From the NCBI GenBank assembly GCA_024137785.1, contig JAHRHZ010000018.1, positions 15,103,471-15,167,470 on the forward strand: a stretch of 64,000 nucleotides of DNA, read 5' to 3'. The notes under the pieces were generated by a model, which worked only from the letters and a program-made list of their open reading frames with translations, had not been told where the DNA came from and searched no databases. The translations under genes were made by a program, and so were the position numbers. Positions within the stretch are counted from its first letter, which is position 1. Every line of letters starts with the position of its first letter. Positions 36,553-50,164 of the stretch are shown here, one piece after another. Origin of the DNA: Ginglymostoma cirratum (taxonomy: Eukaryota).

Positions 36553-37149
36553 GAGATAACAAGCATGGGGCTGGATGAACACAGCAGGTCAAGCAGCATC
36601 ATAGGAGCAGGAAAACTTGACGTTTCNNNNNNNNNNNNNNNNNNNNNNNNNNNNNNNNNNNNNNNNNNNNNNNNNNNNNNNNNNNNNNNNNNNNNNNNNN
36701 NNNNNNNNNNNNNNNNNNNNNNNNNNNNNNNNNNNNNNNNNNNNNNNNNNNNNNNNNNNNNNNNNNNNNNNNNNNNNNNNNNNNNNNNNNNNNNNNNNNN
36801 NNNNNNNNNNNNNNNNNNNNNNNNNNNNNNNNNNNNNNNNNNNNNNNNNNNNNNNNNNNNNNNNNNNNNNNNNNNNNNNNNNNNNNNNNNNNNNNNNNNN
36901 NNNNNNNNNNNNNNNNNNNNNNNNNNNNNNNNNNNNNNNNNNNNNNNNNNNNNNNNNNNNNNNNNNNNNNNNNNNNNNNNNNNNNNNNNNNNNNNNNNNN
37001 NNNNNNNNNNNNNNNNNNNNNNNNNNGGCCTAAACCCTTCATCAGAAATGATGAAGGGTTTAGGCCCGAAACGTCAAGTTTTCCTGCTCCTATGATGCTG
37101 TTTGACCTGCTGTGTTCATCCAGCCCCATGCTTGTTATCTCGGATTCTC
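36553..37149. mobile_element. young PLE family A palindromic mini-insertion spanning an assembly gap
   Basis: Near-perfect inverted arms with apex GAAA at 37044-37048; 14-bp TSD CAACAGATTAAGAT (36539-36552, 37150-37163). Confidence 0.88.
36627..37026. other. assembly gap (400 N)
   Basis: Run of N. Confidence 1.
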
Positions 37150-38024
37150 CAACAGATTAAGATCGCGGTTTTTATTACATCACCTAAAAATTGCAGTTAT
37201 CTTTATATAGTGTTAGCATAATTGTAGCCTTCAATTACACAAACGACTTCAATTAATGATGAATTAATCCCAGAGGTGACTGTATACAAAGACAATGGAG
37301 AGATGTACTTTACAAAGCATCAAAAATTGTGTCTATTTGTCTCATGTGCAAATATATATTTTCACCTAGCAGTTAGAAAGCATTTATTGCTCACTCCTCA
37401 TTTTGGTTTTTGTTTTGGCTGTTTTTACAAATGCTATTGATGGGTCTTCATGTTAGCTGTAAATCAAAACTGTAACTTGTGGCTACATAGTTTGACCAAT
37501 GGTTCTCATGGAACACAAAGATACATTCCCTAATGCATAGTAGTTGTTCATCTTTTTGTTGTAGTACTCTTTATCCTTTCACCTTTGAGCTCTGTTTGCC
37601 AACAAGCCAAGAGCTATGATAATACAGAATAAAGATTAACCCCATTTCTACTGCTCCTGCTGATAAACCACGTCCAAACTGCATAATTTAATTAATCTCT
37701 TGAGGTGGACCAATAAACACATAAATAAGCTATTCCCTGTTGTGCCCAATTGCTTGATCTGTAGGAGCCTTTATTGGTTCCCCATTGTCTATTTTAAGTA
37801 ATAGCTTTGACATCATATCTTTCTGCTTCAATTTTCACCTTCCCACTTCTCCAGTTCAGTAGTAATCCATGTTGGGACATGTTTATTCAAGTATTATCAA
37901 CCTTTCAGCACCTCATCCTACCAAGTGACTATCCTTTGTAATTCAATGTCATTGGGCTCTTCCAGCAAGCTGATGTAACATTGGGACTCCATGCTAACTT
38001 TGTGTAATCTCCAATTATGCGCAA

Positions 38025-38241
38025 TTTTACACAGAGAGTGGTGGGCATGTGGAATGCGCTGCCAGCAGCGGTAGTGGAATCAGATACTTTAGACACTTTT
38101 AAGTGACTCTTGGATAGGCACAGGGAGGATAGTAAAATGTAGGGTATGCAGGGTAGATTGATCTTAGTAGGATAATAGGTCGGCACAACATCGTGGGCCG
38201 AAGGGCCTGTGCTATGCTGTACTGTTCTATGTTCTATGTTT
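38025..38241 (+). mobile_element. CR1 3' end
   Basis: FTQRVVGMWNALP...; (GTTCTAT)n tail. Confidence 0.85.
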
Positions 38242-39334
38242 TAAATGTGATTCAATAATAGCAGTCTGAAGTTGGAGAGTTCTCTGGCTCAAAGGTACTG
38301 AAGTCAATGACAGCATCCCAGTGTATGACTGAGACTGAGATCATGGTATTATCTAGTATTTAATACCTTCGGCATCTGAAGAAATGTGGCTTTTGTCTCA
38401 TTAACTTGAACTGATCACTATTACAATTCACAGCTACTTGCGTCCAGCTGACACTCTGATAAATATACAGAACGAAGTTTAGTCTATTGGGAAGGATAAG
38501 GAGTTACAAAGCAAGGGGAAGTTGTATTTTCTCTGTTCAAAACCAGGGAACAATCTTATTTCCTTCAGCCCTACAAAAGAAATAAAGCAACTTATCTAGA
38601 GGGCTCAGTATCCCAATCCACTTGAACTGGTAGGAAAATCATTTTGATTCCAATATTCACACCAAATTAATTAGCACCTATTAGGTATTGACAGATATTT
38701 TGTAAATTGTTCATGATTATTAGTTAAAGTCGGATATGATATTAACCAGTGAGGTTTCAAAATAACAAATAACCCGAAACATATTAGCACAAGCCTGACC
38801 AACATGCTTAAACTCTCCCTCCCTACATGAATGATATTCTGCTCAAATTTTGGATTTTTACAAGACAAAATCCACAGATATTGGGAAAATAAACAATGTT
38901 AAATTATTGTTTACGATATTATAGGAGCTCCCTGTACTGCCCTACTGAGGGTTTACATGGAACTGAAACCTTATGCTTTGTTTTAAACAGGTTGAAAACA
39001 GAGGTGCCAAAATAAACACCAGACTTTTAATTTGTGTGATCTTTTCTGAGGTAGGTTTGCAAGCCAATTCTTTATTTAATATGCAAGTTATTTGACACTA
39101 CCAGAGAAACAGTGATATGTAGAGAGACTGATGAGGCAGCTTAGTAAATAAGCAATAAGATCCTGATCAATGTGTCATTAATCTCAGTTAACTAAAGGTA
39201 TTGGATCCTGTGACTTTCAAAATAAAAGAAGTAAAGGTAATGCATTAAATATGGCTTGGAGCGGATCTCGATAAAGGTGACAACAGTGATACTAGAACTG
39301 GCCTCAACTTCCCTGGGCTGGAGACAAGACTGTC

Positions 39335-39444
39335 CCAAAATGTCAGCTTTCCTGCTCCTCTGATGCTGCTTGGCCTGCTGTGTTCATCCAGCTCTACACC
39401 TTGTTATCTCAGATTCTCCAGCATCTGCAGTTCCTACTATCTCT
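39335..39444 (+). mobile_element. PLE family A terminal fragment
   Basis: Starts in the 3' half of the hammerhead motif; possible 8-bp TSD ACAAGACT (39324-39331, 39447-39454). Confidence 0.8.
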
Positions 39445-42400
39445 ATACAAGACTAACGGGTCTGTTTCCATGCTGTATAATTCTGTGACTCTATGACTCT
39501 AAATACTATGGCCCATTGCCCCAGACTCTCTAAGCAGAACATTTCCAAATGAGAATGGCTCAGCACCCAGATTGATATCTCCATAGCCCCCTGTCTGGCA
39601 TAGTAATAGTCCCCAGACTCATTGCATTTGACCAGCAGACTGAACATGGCCCATCCAAGGACAGGGATCCATAGACACTGGTAGAACCAAGCACCTGATT
39701 GACTGTGTCCAATTACCTGTGGCGTAATTGAGCAAGCCCATTGACTAACTGTGCCAGTACCCCTCTGTGGTTCTCCCTTCACCCAACTAAGAGTGCTCCC
39801 TTTGATTTTCACACATTACCATTTACTTGAAGCATATGCATTGTGTCTACTGCTTAAGACATTGGCACATGCTGCAGGTATGAAGTTGATGTAGTACAGT
39901 GGTACATGGCAACATGTCCACCCCTTCGACTGTTGAGTGTTCAGTGCTTGCCATTGTGACAAACTGCCTGACTCTTCCTCTGCACTAAAAAATAATGCAA
40001 GTCATATATATTGACAAATTGTAACTGTTCTTTGAAAAACCAGCATGTTAAAGAGCAATGTCACCCACACAGAAGTTGGCAATGTGTACATCAGTGCTTT
40101 TTGAGTGACTTCTAAGAAAGCAACGTGTCCCTCACACAAGCTGGCAGCCACTAAGTAATCACAATATGAGTCAGCACTAAAAAAGTAAGCTAAGAGGTAT
40201 TAAATATATTCTGCACAGATGCATGAAAGCATCTTTGTGAGCACACAAAGTAAATTGACCAAAGCATTCAAATTGTAGGTGGCCCTGAGCAGCAAATGAA
40301 AGTATTGGAGGTCTGGAGTGGTCTGAGAGTTGATTCATGACAATGTGATGAAGCTGGTGGTTTGCTGATGCTGCCTTGCAGAGACAAAAGGCTAAGGAGG
40401 ATATTGTCCATGAAATATGCACAGTGTTTGTCCAACACATCCTCTGATGCTGCCTGACCTGCTGTATTCCTCCAGGTCCACACTATGTTGTCTCTGATTC
40501 CAGCATCTGCATAGTTCTTGCTTTCTCTGAAGAAATAGTTGGAGATGGCTGGGTCAAGCATTCAGTGATCTGCAGTGCCAGGTACTTACTCTGACTTTCA
40601 TGTCTGGAATTTGCACCATTTTGTTTACTGGGCAAGGAGAGGAGAACTGAGTCATGTATAAATAAGGTGAGTTGTGATAATAATGAGTTACAAATACAGG
40701 TAAAAATAAGGTAGTCACTACTCAACGGTGAAATTCTAAAGTCACTATTTATGGTTTAAGGAAAACTTGCAAACATTTTCTCTATGTTGAGATTTGGACT
40801 TTTTTTCATTCACTCTATGTTTTCCCAGTTTTCTCACCATTCCTCATGCCACACCAGGGAGGAGAAAATCATTCATCATTAGTTGTGTCAGAAACATCCC
40901 TTCTTTTTGTTTTCTGAGACCTCTTCAATGCAGCAACATTATTTTACAGGTTATCTGCCCATAACAGCTATCAAATATGAACACATCTATAATCTATGAG
41001 ATTTAATCATCACTTTGAGACTAAATATCCTGGAGATAAATCTCATCATTTTGCCCTAACTTAGATGAAAGTAGAAAAGATTTTACACTTGCACAGTTTG
41101 TTAGAAGGACAGATGAATGAAAACTGGAACATAGAAAGGTTAACTCCCCTCTTGAATGCTACAAACCACCATTCTTTCTCCCAGATCTTTCCCACTTTCC
41201 AAGAAACAAATATCCTTTGCCTTTGGATCAATTCTATTATTTTTCCTGCTTCCCATGCCATTTCTGCTCTACTAATTTATGCATTTTAAAAATTTAATTA
41301 AACATAAGTAGCATAGTATTTTATATTCATTTATATTACTTTAAATTTTCTTGCCATCTATACTTTCCTAAAATCTCCTGAATCTCTTTGTAGTTTGCGC
41401 TGTAACAGTGCCTTGTATGTTGACCAGTTTTTAATATACTTGATTTCAGTTCAAACACAAGACAATCTGTCGTGTGCACTACTGGTTAAAAGCTGTAGCA
41501 GCTGCATTTTGGAACTTGACTCATTAGCAAGTACAAAATGACAGGCCTAGATATGGTATCTGAAGAGTAGGGTCACCTTCTTTCTGAAACAACATTTCCA
41601 AGATCACCTGCTCAGCAGTACAGCATACTCAAGTTTCACTGCATCATAACATTCTGTGCATGATTAGACTGGCACTGAGTCTAAGACATTCTCAAGAGCA
41701 TTTTATCATCCTTACAAAAACTGTTCATACTTGCATCTATAAATTTTTGCTGCGATTCCTACTTTCACCAATGATTCTTCACTTTAAAAAATTGTCCATA
41801 GATTTTTCCAATGGCTTATGGTTAAATGCATGATGTGGTACAGAACCAAACTTTGGAAGCGCCAGGTTTCCATCTCTGGTTTGTTTTGTTAATTGATGTA
41901 AATTAAGTTTAGTTGTGATAGCAAAGCAGTTAGCCTAAGCATCCCTTAGCCAGTAAGGGCCAAATAAAAGGATTTTTGCTTTTGATCAATATTGTTCCCT
42001 ACAGAAAGAGAATAATTGATTGTCAGATGAGAAAAGATTAGGGGTTATATCCCATGATTTCAAATAGCCTACCGATATTCACTGTCTGGACTCACATGTA
42101 GATTGGTTCACTTGGGTATGGTGATGGGCATCCATCATTGTTTTTGGAACTATACCCCAGCCAAAATGTACTTTCTTGCTATTTAAGAAATTAAGGCTAT
42201 ATGTGTGGCCTAGCCAAGGTTTTTTGTTTAATTGAACGTGTTATTAGACTACAGGTCTACAAATAAACCTGTGATTGATGTTAAATAACTAAGAGAAACT
42301 AAGAGCTGGTTAGGAAATCCAGGCATATATTTTTTTAGTCAGAGTTTTACTTTAACTCTCATTTCACAATTCCAGACACACTTATTACTTGTTCCCCATA

Positions 42401-45125
42401 TACACATCCAGTCAAATTATGACCCAATTGTTCCTTAATAAATATATCATCTGTCCCCTAGCTCTGGTTGATCTCAGGCATCCCTGCCAGACCCTACTAC
42501 ATGGTGACAAATTCACATTTTCTCTTTTAAATAAATATATAAATCATAATAATGAAAAAGCCCAACAAAATAGTAACATATTGTCCAGAACGACAACAGA
42601 CTATTCTCAATCTTCTTTTAGAGTCCATTAGCATTCCAGAATTCCTTTTAGAGTTTCTTAGAGCTTGGTCTTTTCTTCATAGAACAATTAGATAGCTGAT
42701 TGCAGTTATCCATCCATTTCAATTTGGAGGTTTCTGCATTCTCCGCATTTGTTTTAAAACTGCAATATTGATCCTCAGTCTTTTTTCATTCACCTATTTT
42801 GTTGAATGTGTTATCCTAAAGTGACTTATTCAGAAATTTAGAGCAGAACTAGGTAATTCAGCCCTTCAAGCCTGCTCTGCCATTCAATAAAATTACAGCT
42901 GATCTGTCTGTGTTCCAAATTCCAACTTCTTATCTACACCAGATAACCTTTGAGTCCTCTAACTAACAAGGATCTATCTATCTCCACCTTAAAAATGTTC
43001 AACGATTCTGCATCTACTGCCCTAAAACTGAGGGTTCCAAAATCACTCAACATTGTGAGAGAAAAATGATTCTCTTAATCTCTGGCCTAAAAGAGTGGCC
43101 ACTAATTCAAACCATAGCACTCCATGGTATTGCTGTTGAATCTCTTTTCAGAATTTCACCAAATATTTTTACTAAGTAAAACTTTGTAACTATCCCTTCA
43201 ATAAGAGTGAGAGTTTCATCACTTGGCTATGTTTTCCTACTCTTCTGATCTTTTTTCTCTTTCCATGCTAAAAAGCAACATTTACCTCCCTCTCCCAAAA
43301 GAAAAATTATAAAAACCCCCTGCATCTGAGAACCCATCACAGAGATTTGCATAAGAAGAATCACAAAAAATAAAGGTTCCAATGATGTACCAAGCATGGA
43401 AATATCGAAATGCAATACATCATTTTTGTATTTCTCAATGTTTTGGCCCCCAAATACTATCACCCACCTCGGGAATTTTCATGTCATATTTAGTTCCAAG
43501 ACCTCAAAAACTAGTCTTGTTTGGGAGTCCAGCTAATTCAGCCACCCAATTAGGCTTTGCAATTTCTCTATTACTGTTTGAAAGCTGCTGCATTTGTTTC
43601 ATGCAGCCCTACTTTGACTAAGCAATGGGGCTGACATTTTCTAAGTACTTTGCTTCAGTCACTGAAGCAAAGTAACAGTCAATGCATTCTGCCTAATTTC
43701 CAGTCAAATGTACTCCAAAGTCCCACGAATCCTGACTTCCAATTTCAAATTCCATTTCAAGTCTGTTCATAACAATGTTTTCAAATTCACTGCTCCCATC
43801 CACAAAATATCATCCACATACATCATAAAGATGCCTGAAAGCTGCAATCCCCAATTCTTCAGGATCTGCTTTCAACAGGGGCAGGCTGATTTTAATAAGA
43901 CCAACCTTACTGAGAAGTACAAAACGAGAGACATTGTTAGGCCATATTCAGATCTATTTAACTTTTATATGGTCCCTACAGTGTTTGGCACCTCTTTTGG
44001 AGGGTGAAGAAACATTTCGCTTTAGTGTTGATCTGCCTGCAGAAATGTAGCTTTAATATCAATTGATCTACTTGCCCAGGTATTTGTTGCTAACAAAGCC
44101 AAGAAAATCTTCAAAATTACTTTTCCTACTGTACACTGAATCTTGATCCCCAGCTTTTCTTCAAAAACCTGTGCTACTAACTTCACTTCAGCCTGATAAA
44201 TCTCATTTGGAGACACATTTTCCACGCATATCCACTGATGTGACAGGACTGGCTGACCTCTATCTGGCACTTCTGGGTATACTTTCCAGTTTTGTGTGTT
44301 TTGCTGTTTGGCATATTTGTGGCCACTTAGACTTTCCTATTGTATAGGCTTCTATTCTTGTGGTATTCCTGGTCTGTACTGTATTTCTTGGTCTTATTAA
44401 GCTACGCCCTCTATCTTATATTCTGTCTCTTTCTGGACATTGCTGTTTGATCTCTTTTCCATAAGTAGGATTCCTTCCAACAGTTCATGACCTCTTTTTA
44501 GGAAAATGTTCACTCCCAGAGCCACTGTCTGACTGTATGCTGCATTTTTGTCCTCCATTTATATATTTCATGTTCATAATCCATAACCTTAACCTCGTGT
44601 CATTCATTATGCATTCAACCAGTTGTTATATTTTCCAGTGGCCTTCTCTGCTCTATTTAATAAAGTCACATTTTTCCATTGACTAACATTTTCAGGTAAA
44701 TATTTGACTTTTAGCAGTTGTACTTTGAGACTGAAGCCTCATTTTTTATCATCAGTACTTATCTGTTCTTCACGGGCAAACTGGCTATTGTGACAGTCTG
44801 ATCCTCGTAGCAAGAGCTTGCCACAAATGGGCGTGAGAGGTACCTGGTTCCTTATCACTTTCCATAACTCCTTTAGAATTTGCAACTTTGTTATCCATAC
44901 CCAGCAATTGTGAAGCATGCACCAAACATTTCAGTTTCCATGCTGTGTAATTATTATTTTTCCATTTTTACCAATAACCCTTCCTGGCCGTCTCCAGTCC
45001 ATAAACCCCTCCCTTTCATAATAAGCCACCTCCCTTTCCATAATAACCCACATAAAGCTGTTTTTTAATGGCTTTGCGTTATGTCATAAGCCTTGCTAAA
45101 TTCATTCTGAGTCATTGGCTTTAAT

Positions 45126-45465
45126 GGGACAGTACAGTGGCTCAGTGGTTAGCACTGCTGCCTCACAGCGCCAGGGACCCAGGTTTGACTCAAGCCTCGA
45201 GTTTGTACATTCTCCCTGTGTCTGCAAGGTTTCCGCTGGGTGCTCCAGTTTCCTCCTACAATCCAAAGGTGTGCATGTTTGATGGATTGGCCATGCTAAA
45301 TTGGGCATAGTTTTCAGGGATGCGTCGATTAGGTGTGTTAGCTATTTGAAATACAGTGATAGGGTTAGGGGATGGGCTTGGGTGGGATGGTCTTCAGAAG
45401 ATCTGTGTGGAGTTGTTGGGCTAAATAGCCTGTTTCCACACTGTGGGGATTCTATGACTCTATGA
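45126..45465 (+). mobile_element. HE1-like SINE
   Basis: GTGGCTCAGTGGTTAGCACTGCTGCCTCACAG head; TCTATGACTCTATG tail. Confidence 0.88.
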
Positions 45466-45554
45466 AAGTCTTTCTGCATTAGTGCAATGCATTCAAATGC
45501 TCTGAAAAAATAAAGCTAATTGTAATCCTTCCCATGCTGGGGCTGATCTCTTAC

Positions 45555-47030
45555 TAAGACCATAAGACAAGATGTACGAGCAGAATTAGGCCATTCAATT
45601 CATGAGACTGCTCCGCCATTTAATGAGGTCACAGTCGGTCTGATAATCTTCAATTCCATTTTCCTGCCTTTCCTTCTAACCCTTGATTTCCTTGCTGATT
45701 AAAATTATGTTTAGCTCAGGCATGATTATAATTAATGACTCAGCTTCAGCAGCCCTCTGCACTAAAGAATTCCACAGATTCATTGCCCTATGAGAGAGGA
45801 AATTCCTTCTCATCTTTGTCTCAAATGTGCAACCACTTATTCTGAGATTATGTCCACTAATCCCAGGCTGTCCCACAAGAGGAAACAATCTTTCTGCATT
45901 TATCCTGTCAAGCCCCTTAAGAATCTTACTTGTTTTAATAAGGTGCCTCTCATTCTTCTACTCTCCAATGAATGCAGGCTGAATCTGTGCAACATCTCGT
46001 GAAGGCAGTCCCTCAATACCCCACACACCAGGCCTTGTTAGCACATGGTCTGCCATGACACACTACCTATTGTTGGCCTCTAACAGTCCACATTAACAGC
46101 TATTCACCCTCCCACCCATATTGTTATCCATTCCTTTGTCTGTCCGAATGTTCTTATCTCTCTTTGGGCTCTATCCCCACCTATCATTTACTCCTTAGCC
46201 CCTACCCCCACCCTATCTTCTGCATATAAACTGACATTTTCCTATCTACCATCAGTTCTGAGGAAGGGTCACTGGACCCAAAATGTTAACTCTGATTTCT
46301 CTTCACAGATGCTGCTGGACATGCTGAGCTTTTCCAGTAATCTCTATGTCTTGGGCTTCAAAACCTGACATCAACCTGGCAAACCTGGTCTGACTGCCTC
46401 CAATGTGAGTATGTCTTTCCTTGGATAAGTCACCCAAAACTGTTCACAGTCTTCCAGCTGTGGTCTGACTAGTGCCTTGTATAGTTGTAGCAAAATCTCC
46501 CTTCTTTTATACACCACTCCCTTTGAAATAAGGACAACATTCAACTTCCCTTCCCCCATTACCCACTGAACTTGGATGCTAGCTTTTTATGAGACATGGA
46601 TGAGGACTCCCAAATGGCTTTCTGCAGTCTTTCTCCATTTAAATAATATTCAGCTCCTCCATTCTTCCTTCCAAATTGCATAACCTCACATTTTCCCACT
46701 TTACATTCCATCTGCCAAGTTCACAGCCATTCACTTAACCTGTCTAAATCTCTCTGCAGACTCTTTGTGTCATCCTTATCATTTGCCATCCCACTGATTT
46801 TTGTTTAATCCACAAAAAAATGGCTATAGTATATTCATTTTCCTCATCCAGGCTATAAATATATATTGTAATTAATTGTGGCCTCAGCACTGATCTCTGT
46901 AGCACTCCATTAGTTACAGGTTGCTATCCTGAAAATGCTCCTCTTATCCCAATAATCTGTCTTCTATTAGTTAGCCAGTTCTCTATCCACAACATATACC
47001 TCCAACACTATGGGCTTTATTCTATTGAGT
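45555..47030 (-). mobile_element. CR1 RT/3' region with nested PLE 3' end (~46020-46350, +)
   Basis: LLQLYKALVRPQLEDCEQFW; MFPLVG...LWNSL; nested AGTT-CTGAGGA-AGGGTC ACTG GACCC-AAAATGTT-AACT. Confidence 0.85.
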
Positions 47031-47799
47031 AGTGCTGATGTAATTTTTGGATTCCTGCTAAAAATCTAATTGATGTGGACCATATACTTTGATTATCTGC
47101 AGCAAATTCTTTGCGTGAACAGACCTTACTAGTGAAGACAATAATTTATAATTTGGCTGATCTGCCAAAATATTATGAACTATTTTATCTGTCACTACAA
47201 GGTTCATTTCATACACCATATTTCTGAAAGAACATTCTACTGTTGTATTCATAATTTGTTTAAATTTGCACACCTATCTCTAAATTCATCATTAGCAAAT
47301 TCAGCCCATTATCAATGAGAAATGTTATCAATGGATAGATTACTTTGGCACAGTCTAACAACTTCAATGCCAGTACATACTGGAAAGTTTCCAGCTGGTA
47401 TTTCTGCAATTTTGTATGTAATCTATGAAGTTCCGTTACGTACTCTTCTATGGAACCACTTTGTCAATTTCTGGAATGGTCTGAATTGGGCTGCCTCATG
47501 AATAACGATTATGTAATCTTTTTGTTTGTTAAAATTAATAATTTACCCAAATCTTCATCCATCTCCACCCATCAGGCCTACTTCTGAAAAAGTTATTTAT
47601 CTTGCTTTAGCATGGTAGAGAAGATGTTAAGGCCACTCCTGGTTTCTACTTCAGTTAAAAAAAAAGTAACTCAGTTACACACAGGTATCTTATTCCTCCA
47701 CAGCTTACAAGATTTGCATTCAGAAAACAGAGGTGGGTAATCAGACCCCAATATTTTACATATATGTTTAACCATATTTCTGAGGTTTTCTTCAACTTA

Positions 47800-48133
47800 G
47801 AGTCATAGAATCATACAGCACAGAAACAGACCCTTTAGTCCAACTTGTCCGTGCCGACCAGACATCCCAATCTAACCTAGTACCATTTGCCAGCATTTGG
47901 CCCATATCCCTCTGAACCCTTCCTATTTATATACCCATCCAGGTGACTTTTAAATGTTGTATGTGTATCTGCCTCCACCACTTCCTGTGGCAGCTCATTC
48001 CACACACACACCACCCTCTTCATGAAAAGGTTACCCCCCATGTCCTTTTGAAATCTTCCCCCTCTCACCTTAAACTTATGCCCTCTAGTTTTGGAGTCCT
48101 CCACCGTAGGAAAAAGACCTTGGCTATTCACCA
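47800..48133 (-). mobile_element. CR1 3' end
   Basis: SKTRGHKFKVRGGRF...WNELPQEVVEA...GYGPNAGKW. Confidence 0.9.
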
Positions 48134-48699
48134 TATCTTGTTGGTTCAGATAATGCTTAGCTTTCAATCTTTGACTTACAAGCAGCCAACTATCCTCTGC
48201 TACCATCAGTAAATACCAGAGATCAAATGCTGGTTAGACATTCTGGGTATAATCTTTTATTTCTACTTACAATCCATAATCTTCAAACAAACTGATTACT
48301 TTGTTCCCTAGTTCATGTGGTCTCAGCAGGTAGATCCTACAAGATGTTAGCAATTAATTGCGTATGAAATCTTGTTCTAGAGTCTTCCTATCTGGGGATC
48401 CTGATCCCATACTGGTGGTGAGCCCTAATTTCCATAATGGAGATTAGTACAGTGAAACCTCTGTTGTAATGTGTGATGTTCTTCAATATGGGATTTCCTG
48501 CCTAAAAGTTTGGAAAAACAATTTTACAAATCAGTTATCATTTTCAAATTAAAAACATTGCTGATATTTTAATAAGAAGGCTGCCTGAAGTCCTAATTCC
48601 AATGTAGTATGGTAGGGACAGACGAGATCAATAAAATAATTAATTACAAAAGAAAGTTGTTCTATTCATAAAAAACAGAACAAGTGCAATCTGTCTAAG

Positions 48700-49870
48700 T
48701 CCTGCTCCGGCAGCCTACTTGCAAGCATCAGCAAAACAATGGAAGGTGTCATTAATAATATTATCAGATACACTGATGCTTCATTTGGGTTTCACCAGGA
48801 CCACTTGACGTACAGCCTTGGTCGAATGATGGACAAAGGAACTGATCCCAAAGGTGAAGTAAGAAAGACTTGACAAGGCAGCATTTGACTGAGTGTGGCA
48901 GCAAGGAACTTTTGTAAACAGGAATGAAAGGAAAATCTCCTCATTGAATGGAGGCATATCTACAGAAAGGAAGATGGTTGTGGTTGTTGTTCACGAATCA
49001 CTTCAACCCACGGCATCAATGCCGAAGTTCCTTAGAACCATGATCTAGTTTCAACCATCAGTATATAGGTATCACTGACAAGGCTAGCATTTATGCCCAT
49101 CTGCCCTTTCTCTTGTGAAGACGACAATGAATTATCATGAACTGCTGCAGCCCATATTTTAAAGTACTATCATAATAGGAAATTTCAGGATTTTGACTCA
49201 GCAATACAATTATACAGGTAAAAAAAAGGGTGATAACATACAGAAGACTTAAACAGATCCAGGCTTAGGCTGATAAGTGACAAGTAATATTTGTACCACA
49301 CAAGTGCCAGGCAGTGAGCATGTCCAAAAAGACAGAATCTAACCATTGAGCCTTGACATTCATTGGTATTTCTATCTGAGAATTCTCCTGTGATCAATAT
49401 CCTGGAAGCTACTAATCACTAGAATCTTAACTGGACCAGCCATATAAATAGTGGCTACAGGACTGGATCAGATGTTTGTTATACCGGTTTGAGTGAAGCA
49501 CGTCCTCAGTCCTCAAAACCTTTCCACCTTCTACAGAACATAAGTCAGTGGTATGATGAAGTACACCCATGTACCTTTGTAAATACTATACCAGCAACAA
49601 TCAAGAAGCTCAATATTATCCAGAATGTAACAATCCACTTGTTTGGTGCATCATCCACTATCTTAAACATTCACCTTCTCCACTATCAACACAATATGGT
49701 TGTAATGATGACCATTTAAAGGATGTATTGCAGCAACTCAAAGGCTTCTTTGACAGCAAACTCCCCAAATCACAGCCTCTACAATATAGAAGAACAAGGA
49801 TGCCAATGTGCATTGGAACATCACCACCTATACTTTTCCCTCCAAGTCACAGACTACCCTCATTTGAAAA
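48700..49870 (+). mobile_element. old copy of second LINE family
   Basis: FGFHQDH, KAAFD*VW, INILEAT...LNWTSHIN, PATIKKLNIIQ. Confidence 0.7.
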
Positions 49871-49885
49871 TATTTTTAAAATATA

Positions 49886-50163
49886 TTGGGGTGGCAGTGG
49901 CATCATGGTAATGTCACTCGACTAGTAATCCAGAACACTGGACCAATATTCGGAGGACATGTGGTCAAATCCCACCATCACAGATGGTGAAATTTGAATT
50001 CACTACAAATCTGTAATAAAAAGCTGGTCTAATGGCAACTATGTGAGCCCTGTTTATTGTTGTAAAAATCCATCTGTTCACCGTATCCTTTAGGGAAGGA
50101 AATCTGTTATCCTTACCTAATTGAGTCTACATGTGACCCCAGATGCACAACAATGACTCTTAA
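49886..50163 (+). mobile_element. tRNA-derived SINE (family 2)
   Basis: Homologous to 35195-35525 and 10335-10660. Confidence 0.7.
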
Positions 50164-50164
50164 G

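Larger units (their letters stand above)
43130..47790 (-). mobile_element. decayed Ty1/Copia retrotransposon (integrase then RT), interrupted by SINE, CR1 and PLE
   Basis: RT: EVPDRGQPVLSHQW...KLVAQVFEE...IDIKATFLQ and GIFMMYVDDILW (~43800-43840); integrase-like TTVECSF...KIVHNIL...KVYGPHQL at ~47060-47460. Confidence 0.75.

Noticed and set aside
36565-37129. 138-176 aa ORFs
   Set aside because: Artefacts of the N run and the palindromic repeat
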